Shown: positions 54,491-64,000 of the stretch, in pieces
How positions within the stretch are numbered: position 1 is the first letter of the stretch
Layout of the letters: every line of letters begins with the position of its first letter
Source of the DNA: Fimbriosthenelais zetlandica
Taxonomy: Eukaryota
Length of the DNA stretch: 64,000 bases
NCBI GenBank assembly: GCA_977030845.1
Contig: OZ365112.1
Span: forward strand, 21,638,001-21,702,000
Direction of reading: 5' to 3'
Position numbers and translations under genes: made by a program
The notes under the pieces: model-generated
What the model was told of the DNA's origin: nothing
The model's input: the letters and a program-made list of their open reading frames with translations, nothing else
The model's database searches: none

Positions 54491-54647
54491 CTGTGTCTAT
54501 TGAATTTGATACGGCGGGAGGCCTCGATCATGCTCGCCATCTGTCCTCTGGGAGACTCCTGAGTGAGTCTCATATAAAGATGACAGCAGGCTGGTGGACA
54601 CGAGATACAGGAAACAACGCTCTCACCATCTTCTCTCCCTCTCCTAC
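54491..54647 (-). pseudogene. FIGNL1: Frameshifted orphan exon of a fidgetin-like/spastin-family AAA ATPase
   Basis: After the acceptor tttactaattcag it reads [25 protein letters not shown], then in shifted frames SQRTDGEH and EASRRIK. Known FIGNL1 reads [47 protein letters not shown]. The Walker B region is disrupted by small indels and a TGA. Confidence 0.8.
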
Positions 54648-55079
54648 CTGAATTAGTAAATACAATGTTCATAATATAATACACCTAATGCATCTATGTA
54701 ATTTTGGAGTTTATTTAAATCTATTTAAAACTTCTTTACATATAAGGGCTTCAGGCGTGTAACCTAGGCCTATGTCAATAGATCCACGTCGGGTTAAAGT
54801 TTATGTACCTGCAATAAAAACTTTTCCTTCTATAGGTTAAAAACATGCCATCTAGCATGCATCTTCCATCTCCTTGTAAAAGCAAGTGGGTAAGAAACAT
54901 GCAACAAGTAAGAAACATGTAGGCTGCATTCACCTCGTTTTATATAAGTTCTATATTTTTCAGTCGTTCACCAACAGGATCCTCTGGACCCATGCTGCTT
55001 TTGTTCGACCCACCCTTCCTTACTAACGTCCCTCTACAACAGAAAATAAAGAAGTATGAAGGAAAACGAATAGAACGAC

Positions 55080-55148
55080 AGGTGAGGGAATTGAACCCAT
55101 GTCACCAGATTGGGAGTGCCACACTCTATGCTTGCAGCCACAGGGGCT
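55080..55148 (-). mobile_element. Degenerate tRNA-like (SINE head-like) sequence
   Basis: The minus strand has a B box GGGTTCAATTCCC (55086-55098) and an A-box-like TGGCTGCAAGC at tRNA-like spacing. Stems are degenerate, and no TSD or tail was seen. Confidence 0.35.
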
Positions 55149-55826
55149 GTATACAATAGCATGTCTAATGAGACAGGATAATCAGGTGGAAGAACGAGTA
55201 GCCTACTTACAAGTGAATGGTAATCAACAGTGTAGTCTGACGACCAGTATTGGTGACCTGTGAATGTGTAGGTAGTAGTAATTTTGACCTCAAAGGCCAG
55301 GGCCTGGGTGACATAATGAAGTGTTTGGGGGAGGGAGGAATGGATTGGCAAACGTCTGGTACCGGTACAATGTTATGATTTCGAAAAGTTCTTTTAAACC
55401 AAGTAACTAGTGGTTTGGAATGGCGAGCGTCCGTAAAGATTAGGATATATCATACGGTAGGCCTACTTTATTAATACTTTCTATTAGGTGGGTAGGCCCT
55501 AAAAACAAGACTCGGCTGATTTAAAAAGATATTATTGAAAATTTGTCTTCTCTGTAAGGTTAGGCTAATCAGGCCTATGCTATATTAAGACAAATTCTAA
55601 GATAATCATTCAGACGTCAGTCCGAAAGATTTCTGGATGATTTTGGTGCTTTCCTATAGGCCTAGACCCTGGCCTAATGTAAAATGCTGAGCGATGCCCC
55701 AGGACTAGTCTGGTCATGGATGGTCGATTTTCCTTGGTCTGGCTATGATAAAGTGCAGCCATCTAGTGTTTACCTTGTGCATCGAGAGTGAACTGAGCTC
55801 CGCGGCGCCTTTACCTCAGCGGTAAA

Positions 55827-55842
55827 CCACCAGGTGCCAGCA
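55827..55842 (+). promoter_or_regulatory. CTCF-like site upstream of the myosin light chain gene
   Basis: CCACCAGGTGCCAGCA, one mismatch from the common CTCF core variant CCACCAGGTGGCAGCA. Motif only. Confidence 0.4.
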
Positions 55843-55922
55843 CAGTTTCTAGTCGCCGTCATCACTGAGCGCCCAAGCCGCCCTGCCAACCCGGTTAATG
55901 CGGGCGTCGGTAGGAATTTTCA

Positions 55923-56316
55923 AACGGCGTTTGTAGATCTATTAAAGCACCTAAATCAGCCAGAATTGAAATCAGTTGATAAATGTACATGGAAAATCTA
56001 TTGCATCCAAAAGAACAGAGCTACGCTGCCTGTAAACCTGTAAACGGCGAGAGAAATGAGAAGTGAGCGATAATAGGGGTCCAGTGGCGCCCTCGACACC
56101 TATGCGGCAAACGAAGGAACTAAGATAAAAACATTCCCCCTCTTGCCGCAACCCCTATTATCGCTCACAACACTGCTTCCATTCACTCGTCGTTTACAGA
56201 TTTTCAGACAGCTTACCTCTGTTATTTTACATACGATGAATTCTTCATGAGAATATACCGACGAAGTTCAATTTAGGCTCATTTTGTTGCTTCCATAGAT
56301 CTGCAAATCATGCCGT
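55923..56316. mobile_element. Old MITE-like inverted repeat (arms 55923-56079 and 56151-56316)
   Basis: GTGAGCGATAATAGGGGT faces ACCCCTATTATCGCTCAC. The outer ends ACGGCGTTTGTAGATCT and AGATCTGCAAATCATGCCGT are diverged reverse complements. Confidence 0.75.
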
Positions 56317-56552
56317 CCCTCCCCCGGGCGATCCATGCGTTGTCGTTGACACCTGGTGTCGCTTGTAGACGAGAGCATTGATTTTTGCTCGATGACTAGA
56401 GTCTGAGACATAATATATCCTAATATATGTATTGCATTATAGCATTAGAACTGTAGAGTTCTATGATTATAGTGATCAATTTTCTCCTTGCTTCTCCACG
56501 CCAAAAAATGAACACCATACCTTGTCCTTCCCATGATGCTCGGCTGCAATAA

Positions 56553-56580
56553 CCGGAAGTCCGCCATCAAAGCCGCCAAG
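56553..56580 (+). promoter_or_regulatory. Housekeeping-type core promoter/5' UTR motifs of the MLC gene
   Basis: ETS site CCGGAAGT (56553-56560), YY1-like CCGCCATC, and Kozak GCCGCCAAG immediately before the ATG. Confidence 0.55.
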
Positions 56581-59500
56581 ATGGTGAGTAACATGAAAAA
56601 ATGATCGGAATTTGTTTGATTTCTCTTATTTCTGAGCGCTTATCATCATACTAACTTCATTATTCTATTCACCTTACAGTCTAGACTCACGGAGGATCAA
56701 ATAGCCGGTAAGTTATTACCTAAATATTAAATAATCGACATTTATTGACTCCACTATCAGTTAGGGTTGGATTTCGGGGACCGCCCAAAATTATCGCAAT
56801 ATCGGTCTCGATCTCATTTATTTCGATCAGATATCAGCCATGAATTATTCTAAAACATGTTTGTACAGTACAACTGCGATGACATGGCGTTATGTTATGA
56901 ATGCCGGTGTATCCTGCTTTAGATTGATGTATTTTATGCCCGGGTTGGTGGAGGTGGTTGGACCACTTCCGTGTTCGTGCCCCGGCACGACCCCAGCAGC
57001 TGTGACGGGAGGAGGGCGAGGGAAGCCCGGCTGATCCCCGCCTCACTCACAGTGGTCGCTAAACGTGAATAACTGTATTACAAACCCTGACAATATCAGA
57101 CCTTTGCTTTCATTAACTATTTATGTGCCTTACTATCAGATCCATGTGTATGATTCAATCCACTGACACTGCTATGACTGACTATGTCTAGTATTAGTAG
57201 GCTATGATGACGATGATATACCGGTAGGTCCCAGGATGATTAGATTAGATCTCATTAGATCGTTGCATGTCTATTGGTGGTTGCTTGGAGCACTGACCCA
57301 GAAGACAAGTGATGGCATTGATCATTTCCCCTTAATTCCCGATCTCCATAAAAAGCCTATTGTCCCTCCGGCTCCCCAAGTGCGACTGATGCGACTGCGT
57401 AGATGAGTGTTGTCTGTTATGTGAGGATACCTTTGTGTGTGGGTCTATGCGTGAAAATGTGTGTGGAAAGCTCTGTGTATAGTTTAGAATACCACCGCCA
57501 GTTCTCTCTCAGTCTGGTGTGTATTTTGTCTGTGTGTATGTAGTAGTGATACCCCTACCTCACAACATTGCCAAGGCTTAGGGCATGAGATAAAGGATGT
57601 GCCAAAGTTGATTTCCCTTTTGATAATGAATTAAATTTTGGTCCTTCTCCAGTATAATTGTAGCCTTTGTAAGTATCCATAAACTCTATGTAGCCTAAAT
57701 TTGTGCACATACACTGTAGCTCACTTAAACCATTTTAACGATAGTTTTGCCCAAATGATAGGATACTACAAAAAATAGTTACCAGTACCTCAGTTGGTCG
57801 TTGGAAGTCCAAAATATCTACTAAATTAAATACAGTCTTAGGCCTACTTATAGGGCCTAATGGTTTGATATTCTGTAGTTATTATATGGCCTACTAATTA
57901 ATCAATTGGACCATCACCATAGAAGATGTAGCTACTTTCAAAATTAAAGCTTAACACAATATCCAGTCGATCGATGTCCAAATGAACTTAGTGTATCCTA
58001 GCTGTAACACAGTCAAGTGTAACTGAATCCTGTCCGACCTAGACATTACACAGAGAGAGCCTGGAGCAGAGAGGGGGAGGAGGAGTTGAGAGTGGGCGGG
58101 GAAGATTTCAATAGTCGCTTTACATTCCAACACATTTTGGCCAGTGAGTGGCTACTCCGCCACCCGCCACCTTTATACCTACTTACTTACCTTTTGCTAC
58201 CACCAGAACCAAAGACATAGAGAAGCACTTATTCACAGCTCCCATATAAAGGCGACCAAGTGAGAAATAGAGCTTGATAAAAAGTTAACCCGGATTCTTG
58301 GACAGTCTCTGCTCAGGTGATAGGTAGGGGCCTCCCGGTTTGAATAGGCGGTTCATTTGAGACTCTGGCTGGATTATTGTACTTTTCTTTTGGAATTTCG
58401 GACAAAGTAATAGGACATAATGTCAGTAATGAGCAGCTATAAGACGAGGGCACTCAGGGACAGGCCCCAAAGGAATACAGAAGATTTTGAAGAGTTGGTT
58501 GGAAAAAGTGAAAAAGGTAGGTTAGATGAAAAGGTGGCGTATGAGGGCTGGTACATGCGTGTTTGTGAGTGACTGAGTGTTTGTGCTTGTGGATGTATTA
58601 CCCGCGACCACCATTGGTATGTGGTATGAAGTGGGGAGTCTGAGAATGTGACCTTAAAGGTCAAATGACCTCAGACAAATCGTGAACAGGTCCACAGCTA
58701 GTCCTTGAAAAATCATACAATTATCACCATTTTTGTTTTGTTTAGAGTTGAACATCGATGTTTATGGTAAGTATTCACAATAAAATAACGTGATCTGTAC
58801 ATTAATTTGTAATAATGAAAAGGTCTCCTATACCTCTACCAACATTTAATATTGATATATTTGAAAAAGCGCTATTCCCTAGCTGTGTGTATTAATTAAG
58901 CATTTATAAGGAAACCATAGGTAGAATTTAAGGGCTGGTATTGGATACGGAGGGCTCTATCAATGAATATAATAATTATAAGTGAATAATATAGAGGAAT
59001 AGTGTGAATTGATATTTAAGAGGAGAGTGATAGTATTTACCGTATAAGGGATCTAGTGATGGAACAGGACCATTAATGTTATTCATACTTGATCCTGAAT
59101 CTTTATATGAATAATATCCTATGACAAAACAAACTGTCGTTATCAGTCCAGCCTACATCCTGCCGGCACATGGTTGACATAGCCCGTAAGACCCCCATAT
59201 CCGCCTGTTCTCTACCATGTGTCTGTTACTTTCTACAATAAGAATGTTAAGATGATGTCATTCCATGTGATAGATCTTATTTGCCGGGATAAATAATAAC
59301 CACCATTATCAGAATTACTATAATATACATTCCTGTGGGTGTGTTCATACCCGCACTTATTGAAAAAAACCTCATGTACTCCTGTTTCTGTAGAATAATT
59401 TTGATATTTAATTGTTTAAATTTAAGGTTGCTTCTCAAACTTGACAAATAATTTGATTTTAGAATCGATTCGATCAATGCATGTATATTTGAATACTTGT

Positions 59501-61869
59501 ATGACATTCATTATGGCTAATCACAGTTTCTACCCATCCTTTTAAGAAGGAAAAAAATACCCTCTTGTTTAGGATATACTCAGTAAAATATCACAAAACA
59601 CCTATGTTATCATACAGGATGAAATGCCTGGTATTTTCTGGTTTTTAACAGAATTTCTAAAATATATATGAAGTTGTTGAGTGATGTGGGTCAGTAGGCT
59701 CTGACTCAGTTTGGGGACAGTGTTCATTGTAGCGTGGCCTATGACCAAGTATGGTCTGGTATGTACAGTACTATAGATAATTTCACCCCACATGTACCCC
59801 GTCTTAATTTGATCCAAAACAGGGACGTCTCAGCTACTACTACAGCAAGTACTACTCCCTCTCAATTTCATTGTTGGTTAGTTCTTGGAATCAACTCGTC
59901 CTGCCGAAGCTTGAGGTGTTTTTTTTCTCTCGGGGTGTATTATTTCCAAGGACAGGTTCATTTGGTTTACTTGCGAATGTATAACTGACAGATGGGAATA
60001 CGAGTAGTTGGAGTGTTGAACACAAAAGATCCTTTGTTTGAAATATAATTTTTTAACGTTTTGTCCATAGTAGTATGATCAAATAAGTCAGAGAAGTAGA
60101 AGGGCAAAAACAAGCGCAAGTCAGTCTGTTTGTCATATATGCTTTATCATCATTATGATCTAGACTCAAATATCCGTGAACACGGTGACAGAGCTTTCTG
60201 ACAAAAGTTTGGATGAAATTTGCCATAAAAATGTCAGATAAACTTATCTGTCTGTTTATGAAGCCCGTATGTGATCCGTCACGTTCAGACAATAATGAGG
60301 ATCTGCTGCTTTATTGAACAGCAGAATGACATTAGGTGATTTTTAAAATTTGGTGAATAGCAGGAAAAAGTTTTAGAGCGATTTCATTTAGTGATGGGCC
60401 GGTGGGCACTCTTTCATAGGAAATATCCCACAGCCTGAGGCCAGAATGGAGGCCGACAAGTGATCACCCATTCTATTATATCTACCGTCCTTTGTTCTGC
60501 CCATCACACAGTACATACATCCAGAATGCCAAAAAAAAATCAAAATCAATTTACCTGTGACATCTAATGTATACAGTGTGTTGCACCTTGAAACAAATTT
60601 TAGTAATAGGCTTTAGATCGGTAAAAATATGTGCGAATAATTTTAATACATTACACATTTTATTCATAAAATGATTGAATGATAGCTGAAAGGAGTTTGT
60701 TTAGAGGTAGCTGTTGAATGGCATATGGCTTGATGTTACATTTGGTGAATGTTTATTACTTACAGAATGTCAGGAGACGTTTTCCCTGTTTGACAGTAAG
60801 GGAGATGGGAAGATCTCCGGACGTCAGCTAGGAGATGCCCTCCGGGCTATGGGACAGAACCCAACAGAGGCCGAGGTTAAAAAATGCGGCCTACATAACG
60901 ACCCAGGTACTGGTAACTTCCAACTTCAATTTTTGTCCAAAATGGCTATATAAAATATCCATAAGAACGTGGCTTTTTATATTATGTCACACATTGATGT
61001 TTGCTCTTCATTTTTCAGATGTGAGGATAAGTTTTGAGATGTTCTTGCCAATCCTACAAACGGTGAGCAAAAACAAGGACACCAACACAATTGAGGACTT
61101 TGTGGAAGGCTTCCGTGTGTTTGACAAGGAACAGAACGGCACCATTAGCTCTGCTGAGCTCAGACATCTCCTCACATCACTAGGTGCGTCTCTTCTTCCC
61201 ATTCTATACCTCCCAAATTAAATATTTCATCTTTTTATCAGTTGCCTTAAGGTATATAAGTCTGTACCTTTTTCCATTCGATATTTTGTACTTGTAGGCT
61301 TGCAAAAAAAGTAGTTTATTTGGTGCGTTGAGTTAATGGCAGGACCAGGGCGTGATATCATATGAGAAGTGAATTTAAGTTTAAATGTTTTGCAGGTTAT
61401 GTGAAAAGTGACTATAAGTTTAAATTTGTAATGTACTTCTATTGCAGGGGAAAAGTTGACGGATGAAGAAGTAGAACAGCTTCTTTCGAATCAAGAGGAC
61501 GCTCAGGGTAATGTAAATTATGAAGGTGAGCAGAAAACACTTGTATTATAGGCTAAAAACGTGCACTAATGGTGATATATGAACCAAGACCAGGCCGAGT
61601 TAACAAAAATACAGAGATAAATACAATACATGGCTCCAATGGATATCAACAATGGTCAATTAGGACATACCTTGATTTCTGTCTACTGTACTCTCATATA
61701 TATTTAAACGTGGAGATTTTAATGTAGTTTACCATATATTTTGTTCCCATTTTATTAAATTATTCATAAATATTTTAAGACTGTGTCAGATAGACATAAC
61801 TACACCGTATACATTTAAACCGTTCATTGTTTAATTTCAGAGTTTGTAAAGAATATCATCAGTGCATGA
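56581..61869 (+). CDS. Mlc-c: Non-muscle myosin essential light chain (Mlc-c / MYL6-like), 147 aa, 6 exons
   Basis: join(56581-56583,56680-56707,60766-60906,61019-61183,61448-61525,61841-61869) = 444 nt, all introns GT-AG with compatible phases. Protein: [147 protein letters not shown]. The ATG-only exon 1, 28-nt exon 2 and 78-nt exon 5 mirror MYL6 structure. Confidence 0.96.
56680..56707 (+). CDS. Mlc-c: MLC exon 2 (SRLTEDQIA)
   Basis: TACTAAC branch point at 56649, acceptor ccttacag, donor gtaagt. Confidence 0.92.
58746..58766 (+). CDS. Candidate 21-nt in-frame cassette microexon of MLC
   Basis: Acceptor atttttgttttgtttag and donor gtaagt. Phase 1-1 and stop-free, it would insert 7 aa (..QIA-ELNIDVY-ECQ..). 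Confidence 0.5.
60766..60906 (+). CDS. Mlc-c: MLC exon 3
   Basis: Encodes [16 protein letters not shown]...GQNPTEAEV (EF-hand 1). Splice sites tacag and gtactg. Confidence 0.95.
61019..61183 (+). CDS. Mlc-c: MLC exon 4
   Basis: Encodes [27 protein letters not shown]. Splice sites tttttcag and gtgcgt. Confidence 0.96.
61448..61525 (+). CDS. Mlc-c: MLC exon 5
   Basis: Encodes [13 protein letters not shown]...GNVNYE. Splice sites ttgcag and gtgagc. Confidence 0.95.
61841..61869 (+). CDS. Mlc-c: MLC exon 6 (EFVKNIISA*)
   Basis: Acceptor ttaatttcag, with an in-frame TGA at 61867-61869. Confidence 0.92.
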
Positions 61870-62390
61870 GTTGGCGGCTGGAACGTGTGCCCACGACTCT
61901 TCCCAAAGTATCCATTAGATCTTATTACCATAGAGCACGGACTGTTCAAATTACATTTAAACTCAATTATGAAGAATATTGCTAATCTGTAGGATTCATA
62001 TCGACAAGAATCGCTGACCTGTTATATTGGTCATGCTTCTCAACATAGTATTTTTACCACGTTGTTAATCAATCATATTTTCTTTGTAATCTTAGAGTTA
62101 ACGATTAGTAACTTATCTAAACTTTAGAGTTTGTGTTGAAATATTTTGTTAAAAGGATAATTTTTTCGTTAACTTGTCTCAACTAGTTGTACTGCCTTCT
62201 AAAATGTAAGTGACGGAGGAAAGTCAGTATTGAAAATGACGCCTGAGAGAATGACATTCCATTATGAAATGGGAAAAATGTAAACGGTTAAAGGATATTT
62301 TTAATGAAACCCAATTTTATGGATTAAAATTTGTTAGCATTTTTGACAACTCGCCTAATGAAAGCGGTGTACAGTGCTGTACGAAAACAG

Positions 62391-62406
62391 TGCTGTCACC
62401 TGGTGG
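62391..62406 (-). promoter_or_regulatory. CTCF-like site at the 3' end of the MLC gene
   Basis: TGCTGTCACCTGGTGG, reverse complement CCACCAGGTGACAGCA, one mismatch from CCACCAGGTGGCAGCA. Motif only. Confidence 0.4.
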
Positions 62407-62424
62407 AAAAATGAAACTTGTATG

Positions 62425-62430
62425 AATAAA
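62425..62430 (+). terminator. Candidate polyadenylation signal of MLC
   Basis: AATAAA about 555 nt after the stop codon, the first canonical hexamer I saw downstream. Confidence 0.45.
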
Positions 62431-64000
62431 CTCAGTGTACACGAAACTGTATCCCTTTGCTCTTTAGTATAGTATTTGAGGGGTTCTATCGTTAAGCTTA
62501 TCTAGATGTATTCAAATATTTATCTCTAAAATTATATACTTTACATCGGATTAGTGCTGAAATTTAAAAAAAAAAATGCAAGAGTTTAAATCTATGTCGT
62601 AGTATCCTTTATTGCTTCCATGACTTGAAACATACAAGCAAAATAATGCTTTGATTTTTTCCCTTTTCGAAATGTTAATGTATCCTGTGCCTTCTTTGAC
62701 ATTCAGATTAGATCTATGGATACATAGTTACTACTCATTGAAGTCATTGTAGAACGCTTAATTAGCAATTCTATGATTTAAGTTCTCTTTACCCTTGGAA
62801 CTGATCGAGTTCCTCGCTCAATTCCTTACAGAAATTCTGTTTAAAAAAATGGGTCGACATAAAGGCTACATGTATTCAATCGTGGACATATCAATACACT
62901 TACTGACCTAATAGAAGTAGCCTATGGCTCAAGCGACTTGACTGAGCCTTAATGTGTATGAATTTAAACCTGTATACCAACTATTGTGTTATAGCTTGAG
63001 TTGACCTGTAAATGTATCAAGAGTATTAGGTGCAACAGGTTGGAATTAATCTTGATATGGACTTATACTGCAACAATGTTTTTACCCGTCCATTTTGTGG
63101 CCAGCCATTGGTGAATTACATTTTGCTATCAGTCGGTCACGGATCATATGGCACAGTGTATGCCTGTATATAAGTGGTGACAAACAGTTAAACATTACTG
63201 TTGACTCTGTTTAAGAGAGGTCCGGATATATAGGGGTTCTATGATAAGAGTGGGTATTATACTAAGGTCACTTCTGCCCGCAAAGGACATTGTATTGTGT
63301 TATCTTGGTTCTTGATACCGTCTTGTGTGAGAAACAACCCATAAACGAGTCTGGATATATCATTTCCAAAAGCATTGAAGCTCGGTATTTAGTTCCAAGT
63401 TTTCCTGTATGAGAGGTATGTATTCGATTTTATATCTGGTCTATTATAGATGGATACAATTTATAAGCCTTTTCTTAGAATTAACCTAACAGATGTTTGG
63501 CGTAAATGCGTTGAATGAATAGACCAACTGATGTCAAGTGAATTAGAGAAAATTACTAAGTTAGTTTAATTGAAAAACACAGTTTCGGGGTTATGTATAA
63601 ATGTATTGAACACACTTTTTGTAGGGTTGTTACCTGTAAGTTCATGTATATATATACTAGTGCTGCCAGAAACGATTGTCCTTCAGGTGAGGGGATAATG
63701 ACAGGGAAAGCATTGAGAGGCAATAGAGGGTGTGAAGGGAGGGGGGAAAGACGGCCTAGATATGGAATTGGCATACTTGATCCTCACTTCTGTAAGGGTT
63801 TGTTTCGAGAAGTGTTATTCTTTCTTAAGAAGTAAATCTGAATTGATTCATTTCACTATGACGAAATCGCACTAGAAATCCAAACCTAAAACAAAAAAAT
63901 CTTTTAATTGTGTAGATTTTATAGAAAAAAGTAGGTTTCAGCCACAACGTCAATAGTGAAATCCTTATTATTGAATACTATAACAGGTGGAACTGTTGAA

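Overview
AT-rich animal (probably marine invertebrate) nuclear genomic DNA with spliceosomal GT-AG introns; nothing here looks prokaryotic. One complete gene is present: a 6-exon non-muscle myosin essential light chain (Mlc-c/MYL6-like, CDS 56581-61869, +, 147 aa). A terminal exon at 48927-49120 (+) encodes a TM helix, a band-4.1 motif and a C-terminal KKEYFI PDZ ligand (glycophorin C/CADM/Caspr-neurexin IV type). It can be joined in frame to a nearby ATG exon to give an 82-aa mini membrane protein. Between the two genes lies a dense repeat cluster (51200-56320). It holds a ~2.46-kb foldback element whose long TIRs each end in an outward-facing tRNA-derived Pol III cassette, a third such cassette in inverted orientation, a modular MITE family, and a frameshifted orphan exon of a fidgetin-like/spastin AAA ATPase. 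The first ~47 kb has no gene I can recognise. It contains a 681-bp higher-order tandem array (17075-19980), a PIF/Harbinger-type MITE with TTA TSDs, a (CT)30 microsatellite and weak decayed retroelement traces. All alignments and similarity statements were made by eye, and no database search was run.
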